A stretch of 64,000 bases of DNA from the NCBI GenBank assembly GCA_963728565.1, contig CAVSLC010000005.1:290438-354437 (forward strand), read 5' to 3'. The translations under genes were made by a program, and so were the position numbers. Numbering within the stretch: position 1 is the first letter of the stretch; each line of letters begins with the position of its first letter. Origin of the DNA: an uncultured delta proteobacterium. GTDB taxonomy: Bacteria; Desulfobacterota; Binatia; UBA9968. The notes beneath the pieces were generated by a model that did not search any database, was not told where the DNA came from, and was given only the letters and a program-made list of their open reading frames with translations. This document shows positions 52,581 through 63,287 of this stretch, in pieces.

Positions 52581-53429
52581 ATGCTGGCGCAGAGCTTCGG
52601 CAGTTGGACTCTGATCATCATTCTGGCATCGCCGGGATGGGCTGCGCAGGTTGAAGAGGCAGCACCTCTGGATGCCAAAGGCGGATGCCCGCACTGTCGC
52701 AACGACAGTGTCGAAATTGCGCAGCTGCACAAGAATGCCGATCGGCTCTATGCTCAATTCAAGCCCAAAGAAGCCGCCAATGAGTTGCTGAAAATTGTGC
52801 GCCTGGACGCTCAGAATTTTGAAGCTCTTATCAAACTGTCTCGCGCCTATATCGATCTGGGTGACATGATCCCCGAATCAATCTCCGATTGGAAGGAAAG
52901 ACGTCTAAAGGATTATCAAACGGCCGAAGATTACGCCCGCCGAGCCATCAAAGCCAATCCCAACTCGACCTGGGGTTATTTTTACTTAGGGGCCTCCTTA
53001 GGTCTCACAGCCGTCGTTTCTCCGGTTGCAAGGCAGGTGGAACTAGCGGAGGAAATCCGCGCGGCGCTGGAAAAATCGCTTGCCTTAGATCCGAACAATG
53101 GGTTTGCTTATCATGCTTATGGCGTCTGGCATCGAAAGATCTCTGAAATCGGGAAAATGAGCCGCGTGTTCGCTTCGGTTCTGTACGGCCGCTCTCTACC
53201 GCAAGGCAGCATGGAAAAATCAGTGGAGTATTTAAAAAAAGCCATCGCGCTCAATCCGACCGTCATTATAAGCCGGCTCGAATTGGCAAATACTTATATG
53301 GCTATGGAAGATTTCCAGGCTGCCCGCACTATGCTCTCCTCGATCCGGAATTTACCTATCCAATTCTCGGACGACGCCAAGCACAAACAAAAAGCCGAAG
53401 AATTGTTGGAAGAAGTTGCAAGCCGCTAA
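52581..53429 (+). CDS. Secreted TPR/helical-repeat protein
   Basis: Signal-like N-terminus, TPR-like repeats (AIKANPNS, ALDPNNGFAYHAYG, AIALNP), CPHC near the N-terminus. Confidence 0.7.
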   Translation: MLAQSFGSWTLIIILASPGWAAQVEEAAPLDAKGGCPHCRNDSVEIAQLHKNADRLYAQFKPKEAANELLKIVRLDAQNFEALIKLSRAYIDLGDMIPESISDWKERRLKDYQTAEDYARRAIKANPNSTWGYFYLGASLGLTAVVSPVARQVELAEEIRAALEKSLALDPNNGFAYHAYGVWHRKISEIGKMSRVFASVLYGRSLPQGSMEKSVEYLKKAIALNPTVIISRLELANTYMAMEDFQAARTMLSSIRNLPIQFSDDAKHKQKAEELLEEVASR

Positions 53430-53504
53430 AACCGCCCGCCCAGCTTGGCCGATGGTTAAAACGTTGCGCCTGTAGCGGTGAATCTGACACGATAATCATC
53501 AATA

Positions 53505-54422
53505 ATGCTCGCACCACACAGACCACGCCTTTACACCGCATTATTGATAATTCTCTGCCTGCTTGGCTGCGGTGATTCCGGCAAATCGGCTAAGGTGCTT
53601 CGCGTCGGCTTCGTACCCGCGGAAGATGCTCAACAAGTAATGCAAAACGCTCAGCCCATCGTCGACATACTGCAAAAACAATTGGGTATGGAAATTCAAC
53701 CCTTCGTCGCGGCGGATTATACCGGCGTCGTCGAAGCGCTCCGGGTTAACAAACTCGATGTCGCCTTCCTGACCCCCGCCTCCTACGTATTAGCGAAGAA
53801 CGAAGCTAACGTGAAGGTCGTTCTTAAGTCCGAGCGCAAGGGAATCGCCTCATACTATGCGGCAATCATCACCAGAGCAGACAGCGGCATCCAAAGGCTC
53901 GAGGACCTGCGCGGCAAAACTTTCGCTTTCGGTGACGCGCTATCAACCACGGGCAACATTTTCCCGCGTAAGATGTTCAAGGAACGCGGCATCGATCCGG
54001 TTCGCGACTTCAAACAGATTCTGTATTCAGGGGGGCATGATGCGACGGTGCTCGCCGTGCTCAATGGCAAAGTCGACGCCGGTGCAACCTATGCTAATTC
54101 GCCCGACGGCGATGATACCGCATGGATGCGCTATCTGAAGAATCCCGAGGACGTGAACAAGATCCGGGCGATTGCTTTCTCCGAGCCGATTCCGGCAGAC
54201 AATTTAGTGATCAACGGCAATCTCGATGAAGCCATCGCGAAAAAAGTGGAAGAGATTTTTTTGCAGCTGAGTGGCGATCCTAAAGGCAAGCAGATGATGC
54301 GGGATCTCTACCAGATCGACGGTTTCGTTCCCGCCACTGATCGAGACTATGATTCGGTGCGTCAAGCTTTCGATATTGCCGGTATCCCCCTAAAAGCAAG
54401 CTTGCAAAGAAAACAGCCGTGA
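53505..54422 (+). CDS. phnD: Phosphate/phosphite/phosphonate ABC substrate-binding lipoprotein
   Basis: LLGC lipobox, LRVGFVP, DYTGVVEAL, DLRGKTFAFGD..STTG, GGHDA. Confidence 0.85.
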   Translation: MLAPHRPRLYTALLIILCLLGCGDSGKSAKVLRVGFVPAEDAQQVMQNAQPIVDILQKQLGMEIQPFVAADYTGVVEALRVNKLDVAFLTPASYVLAKNEANVKVVLKSERKGIASYYAAIITRADSGIQRLEDLRGKTFAFGDALSTTGNIFPRKMFKERGIDPVRDFKQILYSGGHDATVLAVLNGKVDAGATYANSPDGDDTAWMRYLKNPEDVNKIRAIAFSEPIPADNLVINGNLDEAIAKKVEEIFLQLSGDPKGKQMMRDLYQIDGFVPATDRDYDSVRQAFDIAGIPLKASLQRKQP

Positions 54423-55198
54423 TCATTCTAGAAATCGAGGATCTCCATAAATCCTACGATAGCAATGTTCCGGTGCTCTGCGGCATCAATTTATCCGTTC
54501 ATCGCGGCGAATTCGTCGGCATCATCGGGCTCAGCGGCTCGGGAAAATCGACTTTGCTGCGCTGCATTAACCGTCTCGTCGAGCCCAGCTCCGGGCATAT
54601 CCGATTGCCCATGGGGCTGATTACAGGAAACGGCGCCGGCACGCTGGTCGATGTCGTGCGGTTGAAGCAAACCGAACTACGACGGCTCAGACGCAAGGTC
54701 GGCATGATTTTTCAACAGTTCAACATCATCAAGCGCTTGTCGGTCATCGAAAATGTTCTGTCCGGAGGGTTGGGTTATCAATCGGCGCTGCGCAGCACGC
54801 TGCGAAGTTTTACCCGCGACGAAAAGCGCAAGGCTTTAATCAATCTTAATCGCGTGGGACTGCTGGATCATGCCTACCGCCGCGCCGACGAGCTCAGCGG
54901 CGGTGAACAGCAACGAGTGGCGATCGCTCGCACTTTGATGCAAGAGCCGGCGCTTATTCTCGCCGATGAACCTGTTTCGAGCCTCGATCCCAAGCTGTCC
55001 GGTGTCGTGCTCGATATTCTAAAACAAGTCTGCCAAGAAGACGGGATTACGGCATTGGTGAGCTTGCACACTTTAGAGTTGACCCGCGAGTACGCCGCCC
55101 GGGTTGTCGGACTTAAAAACGGACAGATCTGCTTCGACGGAGCCTCTGACGAGTTAACTGGGCCGGTGGTTGAGGCAATCTATCACAACGATCTTTGA
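54419..55198 (+). CDS. phnC: Phosphonate ABC ATP-binding protein
   Basis: [54 protein letters not shown]. Confidence 0.88.
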   Translation: MIILEIEDLHKSYDSNVPVLCGINLSVHRGEFVGIIGLSGSGKSTLLRCINRLVEPSSGHIRLPMGLITGNGAGTLVDVVRLKQTELRRLRRKVGMIFQQFNIIKRLSVIENVLSGGLGYQSALRSTLRSFTRDEKRKALINLNRVGLLDHAYRRADELSGGEQQRVAIARTLMQEPALILADEPVSSLDPKLSGVVLDILKQVCQEDGITALVSLHTLELTREYAARVVGLKNGQICFDGASDELTGPVVEAIYHNDL

Positions 55199-55273
55199 TG
55201 CTTTCCGGACTTTGCTTGCGGATGCTCGGCTGTGGGGCTGAAGGCTTGACGGTGGTTCATGGCGCGAGCCGGC

Positions 55274-57931
55274 TCAACCTATCAACCCCAGGTGGCGCCA
55301 CCACGGGATCGCGACTATGGCCGCCAGTATGTAGGCGACGGCGTACACCGGATTGATGCGGGACATCATCGGATAGCTAAATCCTTTTCCTCCGGTTGTG
55401 GCGCTTGCCATGGTATGCCAGTCCACCTGAAATCTTAGGAACCAAACCTCTGAACCCATGAGAACGATCATCGCCATCACCCACGGGCTGATGCCCAGCT
55501 CGGACGCCAGCGGCAAAAGCGCAACCGTCAGGGTAACGACCGTCAAGAAGCTGGTAAAGGCCAGCTTCACCGCAATTGCAATAACTATGATGACCGTGAA
55601 ACAGAGCGCCGGGGAATTGGTGAGCGGCAGAATCACCGGCGCAAACATGCCGACCATCCACTGGTCAATCCTCGCTTGTGTGAGCAGCACGGGAATGCTC
55701 AGCGTGGCTCCCATGTAAAGCAGCATTTCCCAATCAATGCCTTTTTTCATCATGCCCCAACCGAGGACGCCGGTATTAATCAGAACACAAAGCGCGATCA
55801 GCGCTACCCAGGCGCCATCGATATTGTGATACGATTTGCTGAGCCAACCGGCAAGCGTAATGCACAAGACCCCCAGAGTGATCCATTCGTGTAGCGATAG
55901 CGGCCCGAGAATCTGCAACTGAGTTTGAACCATCTTATAAGAAATACGTGGCTGAGACTCAGGTCTATAGAGAATCAGAGTGGCCAAGATAACTACTGCA
56001 GCGACAACAAGAGTAGGGACGGACGCGGCATAAAACCAATATCCCCAGCTAAATTGCTCTCGGACTTCCTCCGGCAAAAGACCCCATGCGATTAGGCTTG
56101 TGGTCGAACCGGTCAGAAACAGAAAACCGAGTTGTCCGAGTCCTAAGAAGCTCGCCACGAAAAGACCGGTGGAAGCCTTGGACGGATTTTTATAACCAAG
56201 ACTTTCGGATAAGTTCATCAGCATTTGGCTTATGATCGCAGTGCGAGCACTCTGTTGCGGAATCAACGCCATGACGACAATGCCCATGACACCCATTGCA
56301 ACAATTTGCCAGCGATAGCTGAGCGGAAAGACGCGGACGAGTTGGAGCGATAGCCGGTAGAAGAGTCCCGAACTGGTGATCGCCGCGCCCAATCCGAGAA
56401 CGCCAAGAGTCATGAACCAGGAGCTGTTGGCAAAGCCGCCGAGTACCGTTTCCGGTTGCCCTAGCCCGGAGATGATCATGCCGATGGCGAAAAGCAATGC
56501 CACCCCGTATTCAGGAAAGACCCGAAACATCCAAAAAATGAGTGTCAAAGCGATAAGGGCCAGCTGCTTGGTAGCGGCTGGTTCCAAGCCTATATCGGGC
56601 ATCACGAACCAGAGATAGCACCAAACGCCGACACCGAGCAGTGCACCGGTCCATCGGCTCAGATCCAACCCTTCCAGCCCAGCAATTAACGACTTCGGTG
56701 CAGGATTCGTCCTATTTTTTGTCGTGAATTCTGTCTGGATCTGGCGCAGCGGCTCGGCACTCCCGGCCGTATCAAATTTTTCATCAAGGCTCGCCAGATC
56801 CGAGACCGCATCCTGTTGCCGTAATTCCAGAGCGTTGCGCAAGAGATTCAAGGCCTCAGCATGATCGCCTTTACGGGCAAGATTAGTCACGGCATGGTGG
56901 AGGCGTTTTGCCATCGCTCTCTCCCGCGGAGTCTTGGCTGAATCCAAAAGAGCCTCTGTGCAATATGCGACGGCGGATTCAATCTTGCCCAAGCGAACCA
57001 AGGCTTCAGCTTTCATGTGCACGAGGCCGAGATTGATTTGATCCCGCGGTAATTGCTCAATGACTTGTTTTACCGCCTGGGCGGAGCTGTCGAGCAAGCT
57101 CTGTTTATTTTGGTTTAGCAAAGTCGCCGCTCTTGGCCAGTTTTCGGCTTCCAGAGAATGATGGATTGCGTCCTGCCAGCGCCCAAGGTTCTCAAACTCT
57201 TCGGCCAACTCACCGTGCAATTGCTTTGCGGCCTCCGGCCCTTCCTGCTGGAAAAGCCTTTCGCGCAGAAAATCTTTGAAAAGCGGATGAAGCTCAGGCC
57301 GGCTCGAATCCGCTATCCGCAGTAAGGGTAAGTGATTGGCCTTCAGTGAGGCCAGGCACTGGCCAGCAAGCTTCGTATGAAGCACTTGGTCCGCAGTTTC
57401 GAAATCGCTCGAGCTTAGCAGTGAAAGCCGGCGCAGGAATGCTTGTTCCGGCACCGGTCTCGAGCTGTAGAATTCCTCGGCCAGTGAGTAGAAAGCCTCG
57501 CGCCCTTGAGCATACTGCTGCTCGACCTGAGAAAGCTTTTTACTCAGAGCGGCGCAGAAATGCAGCAGCCAAGTCGGATGTTTGTCGATCAGTTCGTCCC
57601 AAGCATGGCGACTCAGTCGCCATATCAAAGAGTCTTTGACGGCGACAATCGTTGCCGAACGCGGCTCGCCGGATAACAACGCCATTTCGCCGAACCAGTC
57701 TTGCGGTCCGAGAACGCGGATCACCTCTGCTCTACCGCGGTTTTCAAGCACGACCTGCACCGTTCCGGTTTGAATGATGTAGAACGCATCGCCTTCATCA
57801 CCTTGTGAGAGGATGGTTGTGCCACTTAGGTAGTGACGTTCTTCCATCTTGCCCAAAACTTTGGCGATATCTTCCCGCGACAGTGCCGAAAAGAGAGGGT
57901 GTCGTCGTATGACTTCGGCTAAATCAGCCAT
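55274..57931 (-). CDS. Fusion protein: cNMP-binding domain + MalT-like helical/TPR segment + SLC13/DASS anion permease
   Basis: N-terminal QGDEGDAFYII...FGEMALL..EPRSATIVA; middle HPLFKDFLRE...AIHHSLEAENWPRAATLL; C-terminal about 12-14 TMs with LGGFANSSW, SGLFYR, LIPQQSART, FLTG, GIDW. Confidence 0.82.
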   Translation of the reverse strand: MADLAEVIRRHPLFSALSREDIAKVLGKMEERHYLSGTTILSQGDEGDAFYIIQTGTVQVVLENRGRAEVIRVLGPQDWFGEMALLSGEPRSATIVAVKDSLIWRLSRHAWDELIDKHPTWLLHFCAALSKKLSQVEQQYAQGREAFYSLAEEFYSSRPVPEQAFLRRLSLLSSSDFETADQVLHTKLAGQCLASLKANHLPLLRIADSSRPELHPLFKDFLRERLFQQEGPEAAKQLHGELAEEFENLGRWQDAIHHSLEAENWPRAATLLNQNKQSLLDSSAQAVKQVIEQLPRDQINLGLVHMKAEALVRLGKIESAVAYCTEALLDSAKTPRERAMAKRLHHAVTNLARKGDHAEALNLLRNALELRQQDAVSDLASLDEKFDTAGSAEPLRQIQTEFTTKNRTNPAPKSLIAGLEGLDLSRWTGALLGVGVWCYLWFVMPDIGLEPAATKQLALIALTLIFWMFRVFPEYGVALLFAIGMIISGLGQPETVLGGFANSSWFMTLGVLGLGAAITSSGLFYRLSLQLVRVFPLSYRWQIVAMGVMGIVVMALIPQQSARTAIISQMLMNLSESLGYKNPSKASTGLFVASFLGLGQLGFLFLTGSTTSLIAWGLLPEEVREQFSWGYWFYAASVPTLVVAAVVILATLILYRPESQPRISYKMVQTQLQILGPLSLHEWITLGVLCITLAGWLSKSYHNIDGAWVALIALCVLINTGVLGWGMMKKGIDWEMLLYMGATLSIPVLLTQARIDQWMVGMFAPVILPLTNSPALCFTVIIVIAIAVKLAFTSFLTVVTLTVALLPLASELGISPWVMAMIVLMGSEVWFLRFQVDWHTMASATTGGKGFSYPMMSRINPVYAVAYILAAIVAIPWWRHLGLIG

Positions 57932-57973
57932 TGGGTGTTCGCGCCGCGGCCGGCAAACGGGCAGATCTTCGGA

Positions 57974-58951
57974 TCATACGATGACGTCAGTGCCGACGCC
58001 TCTTTGTAACGCTTTGTGATAGACAAGATGGGCAGTCGCGACATCTTGAATCGCGATGCCGACCGACTTGTAGAGAGTGACCTCCTCGGTTGCGGTTCTT
58101 CCCGGTTTTGTGCCGGCGAGAACCTCGCCGATTTCCGCCTGTACATGATCCGCCGTGATCGATTTCTCGGCCAAGGCTAACAGGACGTCACCGCATTCGG
58201 CCATAATCGCCTCGCGGGAATCTACGAATACCCTAGAGCGCGCCAGAGTTGCGCCGTCGAGTTCTCTCAGGTCGGGACGGTGCGAACCCACTGCATTGAT
58301 GTGAGCGCCCGGCTTCAGCCATTCGGTCGCCAAAATCGGCTGTTTTGCTGTAGTGGCGGTAACGATGAGATCGGCTCCGCGAACGGCTTCTTCCGCGCTG
58401 TTCGCCACTTCAATGGCGACGCCGATTTGTGATTCCACTTCTTGTTTGACGCGGCTGGCGCTGGTACCGGACGGGCTGTAGATTTTGATGCGACCAATTT
58501 TTCGCACCCGGGAGAGAGCCCTTATGTGCGCTTTGGCCTGGACCCCGGCGCCGAGAATTCCTAGTACGGATGCGGTCGGGTTTGACAGAATCTTGCTCGC
58601 CATCGCCGAAGCGCAAGCAGTGCGGATCCCGGTGATGTAGCTGCCATCCATGACCGCAATCATTTTTCCGGTTTCGGAACTAAAGAGCATGATCGTGGCG
58701 AGGATCGACGGCAGGTTCTGCTTGGGATTGTTGTGAAAATAGGTGACCACTTTCATGCCAAGCGCCTGATCCTCATTCAAAAAGCCGGGCATACTGGTGA
58801 TCCGCCCGCCAATTTGCGGCAGTGGCACCACCAAGCGCACCGGCATAACCGCGTTGCCGGTGGAATATTGGATGTGCGCTCGTTCAAGCGCCGTTATCAG
58901 CTCGTCGATGTCGATCAGCCCTTCAACTTGCTTTTCAGATAAGATCAACAT
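57974..58951 (-). CDS. Ornithine cyclodeaminase/mu-crystallin family protein
   Basis: MPG, GMKVV, ITGIRTA, GILGAGVQA, GAHINAVGS, YKSVGIAIQD. Confidence 0.92.
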   Translation of the reverse strand: MLILSEKQVEGLIDIDELITALERAHIQYSTGNAVMPVRLVVPLPQIGGRITSMPGFLNEDQALGMKVVTYFHNNPKQNLPSILATIMLFSSETGKMIAVMDGSYITGIRTACASAMASKILSNPTASVLGILGAGVQAKAHIRALSRVRKIGRIKIYSPSGTSASRVKQEVESQIGVAIEVANSAEEAVRGADLIVTATTAKQPILATEWLKPGAHINAVGSHRPDLRELDGATLARSRVFVDSREAIMAECGDVLLALAEKSITADHVQAEIGEVLAGTKPGRTATEEVTLYKSVGIAIQDVATAHLVYHKALQRGVGTDVIV

Positions 58952-59029
58952 GATCTGATCTGATAGCATAAAGATGCGACCGAGTGGTAGTGTGCGACTT
59001 TGAAGGATTCGAATCGATCGGGAGGAGCG

Positions 59030-59578
59030 ATGGCCAACCATGATCATGTGATCAAGCTTTCTGAAGTGCCCGCGGTGCAGATCAATGCGCCGGAAGGTTC
59101 AGCATTCGGCGGCTCGCGACAAAGAGTGGGCGCCGCTATCGGCGCGCAAAAGCTGGGCTACAGCTTTTTTAGCGTGCCGCCGGGGAAATCGGCCTTTCCC
59201 TATCATACCCACACGACCAATGAGGAGATGATCTATGTCATGGAAGGCCGAGGCATTCTGCGCCTGGGAAAAGACGAGGTCGAGGTGACCGCCGGAACTG
59301 TCGTTGCCTGTCCCCCGGGAACCGAGTCCCCGCATCAACTTATTAATTCCGGTAACCGAGAGCTGCGCTATTTGGTGGTGAGCACGATGGAGTATCCGGA
59401 TCTTTCGGAATATCCCGATTCCAATAAGATTGGCGCATATGCGACGCCGGCGGTGGGCAAGCAGGTCGGCTTGCGCGCGTTGTTCGTTAAGGACCAGCAG
59501 GTAGGCTACTACGAAGGAGAAGACGGTCACGAAATTGCCCGCATCCTCAAGTCTAAAAGCCGTCCGAGCGCCGAATAG
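59030..59578 (+). CDS. Cupin domain protein
   Basis: VPPGKSAFPYHTHTTNEE, HQLIN, EYPDSNK, YYEGE; GGAGG RBS. Confidence 0.88.
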   Translation: MANHDHVIKLSEVPAVQINAPEGSAFGGSRQRVGAAIGAQKLGYSFFSVPPGKSAFPYHTHTTNEEMIYVMEGRGILRLGKDEVEVTAGTVVACPPGTESPHQLINSGNRELRYLVVSTMEYPDLSEYPDSNKIGAYATPAVGKQVGLRALFVKDQQVGYYEGEDGHEIARILKSKSRPSAE

Positions 59579-59607
59579 TTCGGCTTCTGTTGGGCGCCTT
59601 GAGTCAA

Positions 59608-60216
59608 TTACGTGAGAATGTTTTTCCTGCCGATACTCGCCGCGAGTTGCCCCAGGCTAATCTCGCCTGCGCGAATGATCTTGATGCGGTCGCCGATCAC
59701 TTCGACAACGCTCGAGCCCGTCTTCGACGGGAGCTTCCCGCCATCCAGGAAAATTTCGATGTCGTTGGCAAAATAATTCTGCGCCTGCTCGATCGTGGAT
59801 GCCGCCTGCTGCCCAGAAGGGTTGGCGCTGGTCGCGGTCAAAGGCCGCCCAAACGCCCGAGCCAACTCGGTGGCTATAAGCTGGCTCGAGATACGAACGC
59901 CAACTCCGCCCGTCCGGTTCAACAGCTGCTTCGGCGTACCCGGAGCGGCCGGCAGCACCAAGGTCAGGGGCCCCGGCCAAAATCGTTCCATGAGCGTTCG
60001 GGCGACCGGCGAAATTTTTTCGACCACGCCTTGCAGCATGGCTTGATCGGCCACAATAATCGGAATAGGAGAATCCGGATTGCGGCCTTTGAGTTGAAAC
60101 ACTTTTTCAACCGCCGCAGGATTCAGCGCATCCGCGCCCAACCCATAAACCGTTTCGGTGGGGAAAACGATCACATCACCGCGCTTCAGCGAAGCCATTG
60201 CATGACTAAGGTTCAT
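59608..60216 (-). CDS. tsaC: L-threonylcarbamoyladenylate synthase (TsaC/Sua5/YrdC)
   Basis: FPTETVYGLG, LKGR, FWPGPLT, ATSANPSG. Confidence 0.92.
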   Translation of the reverse strand: MNLSHAMASLKRGDVIVFPTETVYGLGADALNPAAVEKVFQLKGRNPDSPIPIIVADQAMLQGVVEKISPVARTLMERFWPGPLTLVLPAAPGTPKQLLNRTGGVGVRISSQLIATELARAFGRPLTATSANPSGQQAASTIEQAQNYFANDIEIFLDGGKLPSKTGSSVVEVIGDRIKIIRAGEISLGQLAASIGRKNILT

Positions 60217-60362
60217 CAGAAGCCGCCCAAGAATTGCGCGCTGTTTCGAGCGTGTCGTCGCGCGCTTGGTGGATACACATCACAACAACAGCGCGCATCA
60301 AACGCGAATAGGTTGTCCCAGACAGGGGCGCAAATGCGCCGATCGGCAGGGTCACCCTGAGC

Positions 60363-61628
60363 TTACAAGGCGCGTCGCGCAATGTCCCTGCGATAATGCA
60401 TCCCATCCCAGCTGATCGCATTGACGCCCCAATAAACTTCCTGGACCGCTTCCGCAAGATCGCGGCCCCGCGCGGTTACTCCCAATACACGACCGCCGGA
60501 AGTCCGCCACCGGCCGTCCTGTTTGCTGGTGCCGGCATGAAAGACAAAGCCACTGGGCCAATTTTTCAGTTTTTCAAGGCCGCGGATCTCCGTGCCCGTT
60601 TCATAAGAACCGGGATAGCCGCTAGCGCTCAGGACCACACAGACAGCGGGATCCGGGTACCATTCCGGGCGAACAGTTCGCAATGTTCCGTCTGCCGTGG
60701 CTTGCAGCAGCGGCAGGAGATCGCTCTTTAAACGCATCATGATCACCTGGCATTCGGGATCGCCGAAGCGGGCATTGAACTCCAGAACTTTCGGTCCCGT
60801 CTTCGTGATCATTAAACCAACGTAGATGACCCCTCTATAAACAATGCCTTTGCGTTTCAGTCCGGTCATCAATGGGGTTACCACCTCGCGCAACACGCGA
60901 TCCTCAATGCTTTGTGTCACGACCGGCGCCGGCGAGTAAGCGCCCATGCCACCGGTGTTCGGCCCCTGATCGTGATCGAAGACTCGCTTGTGATCTTGTG
61001 ATGATGGCAATGCGAGCACGGTATCGCCATCTGTGAGTACCATGAAAGAGGCTTCTTCGCCTTCGAGAAATTCTTCGATGACGATTTTCTCGCCGGCTTG
61101 GCCAAATGCTTTTGCAACCATGATCTCATCGATGGCCGATTGTGCTTCTTCCCGGTTCGCACAGATCAGCACGCCTTTGCCCGCCGCCAGACCATCGGCT
61201 TTAACGACGTAGGGCGGCGGATTGTGATCGACATATCGCCTGGCCGACTGGGCATCGCTGAAGATACCGGCGGCGGCGGTAGGGATGCTGTTCTCGGTCA
61301 TGATCTTTTTGGCGAAGGCTTTGCTGCCTTCCAGTTGCGCCGCGTCCCGATTTGGGCCAAAAATTTTCAATCCACGGGATTCAAACAAGTCTGAGATACC
61401 GAGCGTCAATGGAAGCTCCGGTCCAACCACGGTGAGATCTATCTTCTGTTCTGCGGCGAAGTCGGCGAGATCTTCGATCTGGTGCGGCGCGATGGCGACT
61501 AGTTCGGCAAACTCAGCGATACCCGCGCTGCCGGGCGCGCAATAGATCTTATCGACCTCTGAACTCTGGCGGAGTTTCCAGATCAGCGCATGTTCGCGTC
61601 CGCCGCTGCCAATCACCAATATCTTCAT
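60363..61628 (-). CDS. purD: Phosphoribosylamine-glycine ligase
   Basis: GSGGREHAL, VVGPE, LEGSK, KADGLAAGKGV, QDHKR, GPNTGGMG, EFNARFGDPE. Confidence 0.97.
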   Translation of the reverse strand: MKILVIGSGGREHALIWKLRQSSEVDKIYCAPGSAGIAEFAELVAIAPHQIEDLADFAAEQKIDLTVVGPELPLTLGISDLFESRGLKIFGPNRDAAQLEGSKAFAKKIMTENSIPTAAAGIFSDAQSARRYVDHNPPPYVVKADGLAAGKGVLICANREEAQSAIDEIMVAKAFGQAGEKIVIEEFLEGEEASFMVLTDGDTVLALPSSQDHKRVFDHDQGPNTGGMGAYSPAPVVTQSIEDRVLREVVTPLMTGLKRKGIVYRGVIYVGLMITKTGPKVLEFNARFGDPECQVIMMRLKSDLLPLLQATADGTLRTVRPEWYPDPAVCVVLSASGYPGSYETGTEIRGLEKLKNWPSGFVFHAGTSKQDGRWRTSGGRVLGVTARGRDLAEAVQEVYWGVNAISWDGMHYRRDIARRAL

Positions 61629-61712
61629 AATTCGAGCTTCAGAAGCTCGCAGCCGGAATTAATGCGAAGGTGAAGCGCTGTCTTGCCGCTGCTGAGTCTA
61701 GGCACGTCCTTG

Positions 61713-63287
61713 CTAGTGTCTGAAGTGTCTCATCCCGGTAAAGATCATCGCCATGCCGTGTTCATTGGCAGCGGCGATAACTTCATCGTCTTTGATGGAG
61801 CCGCCCGGCTGGATCACTGATTTGGCGCCGGCATTGGCCGCTTCATCGAGGCCGTCGCGAAACGGATAGAACGCATCCGAAGCCACCGCCGAGTCTGCAA
61901 GATCCAGCCCATGCGTTGCCGCGCGCAGCACCGCAATTTTAGTTGAATCAATACGACTCATCTGGCCGGCGCCGACACCGAGGACTTGATCCGGCCCGGC
62001 AAAAACAATCGTGTTGGATTTGACATGGCGGCAAACTCTCCAAGCGAAGTCGAGCGCCTCATACTCTCGTTCCGTCGGCTTTCTGTGGGTCACGACTTTA
62101 CAGGCGCGTACATCCACCGATCCTGTATCCCAATCCTGCATCAATATGCCGCCCCGTACCCGGCGCAGATCGTAGCCGCCGGTTTGTGGTTGACTCATAT
62201 CCAATTCCAAGAGGCGAACGTTGAGCAACCGCTTTGACGATGACAGAACCGACTTGGCCGCCGGCGTAAAGCTCGGAGCGATGACGATCTCCAGGAAGAT
62301 GTCCTTGAGCTCACCGGCAGTCTCTTCATCGACCGGTCGGTTAAACGCAATCACGCCGCCGAAGATCGAAACCGGATCGCAGGCTTTAGCTTTGCGAAAA
62401 GAATCCGCCAGCGAGGTTTTCGATAAAGCCACGCCGCATGGATTATTGTGCTTGATGGCGACGGTTGCGGTATCAGAGAATTCCAGGACCGTACTTAACG
62501 CGGCATCGGCGTCTAAAATATTGTTGAAGGACAGCTCTTTGCCTTGAAACTGTTTGGCGCGGGCAATCGAAGGACCGTTATCGCCCTCAGTACGGTAGAA
62601 GGCGGCGCTTTGGTGCGGATTTTCGCCGTAGCGCATGTCCTGAATCTTGGAGATCTGAAGGTTGAGCGTTTCTCCCCAACGTGTCGGTTGCCGGTTTCCG
62701 TCCAGGGCGGCAAAATAATTTGAGATCGCCCCGTCATAGTGCGAGGTATGCTGGAACGCTTTGGTAAAAAGCCGAAAATGCGTTTGCTTTGATAGCGAGC
62801 CGTTAGTTTTCTGCAACTCGGCAAGGATCAAAGCGTAGTCTTCGGGATCGACCACGACCGCGACGTGCTGGTGATTTTTTGCCGCAGCCCGCACCATGCT
62901 GGGTCCGCCGATATCGATATTCTCGACGATGTCTTCGAATGATCCGCCTCGGGCGACAGTAGCTTCGAAGGGATAAAGATTGACGACCACTAGATCTACT
63001 GGGGCGATTCCGTGCTCTCGCATTTTCGCTACATGCTCGGGATTGTCTCTCAACGCGAGAATTCCGCCATGAATCTTGGGATGAAGAGTTTTCACTCGAC
63101 CATCCATCATTTCAGGAAAGCCAGTGATCTCAGAAACATCTTTCACGGCGATTTTGTTGTCGCGCAGTAACGATGCCGTGCCACCGGTTGAAATGAGCTC
63201 GACATCTAGATCGGACAAGCCGCGGGAAAACTCGACGATGCCTTTCTTGTCAGAAACGCTAATCAGGGCCCTTTGAATCCTGGCCAC
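61713..63287 (-). CDS. purH: Bifunctional AICAR transformylase/IMP cyclohydrolase
   Basis: GTG start after AGGAGG; [55 protein letters not shown]. Confidence 0.97.
   Translation of the reverse strand: MARIQRALISVSDKKGIVEFSRGLSDLDVELISTGGTASLLRDNKIAVKDVSEITGFPEMMDGRVKTLHPKIHGGILALRDNPEHVAKMREHGIAPVDLVVVNLYPFEATVARGGSFEDIVENIDIGGPSMVRAAAKNHQHVAVVVDPEDYALILAELQKTNGSLSKQTHFRLFTKAFQHTSHYDGAISNYFAALDGNRQPTRWGETLNLQISKIQDMRYGENPHQSAAFYRTEGDNGPSIARAKQFQGKELSFNNILDADAALSTVLEFSDTATVAIKHNNPCGVALSKTSLADSFRKAKACDPVSIFGGVIAFNRPVDEETAGELKDIFLEIVIAPSFTPAAKSVLSSSKRLLNVRLLELDMSQPQTGGYDLRRVRGGILMQDWDTGSVDVRACKVVTHRKPTEREYEALDFAWRVCRHVKSNTIVFAGPDQVLGVGAGQMSRIDSTKIAVLRAATHGLDLADSAVASDAFYPFRDGLDEAANAGAKSVIQPGGSIKDDEVIAAANEHGMAMIFTGMRHFRH

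Noticed and set aside
59590-60360. 256-aa plus-strand ORF
   Set aside because: Antisense to tsaC; no motifs.
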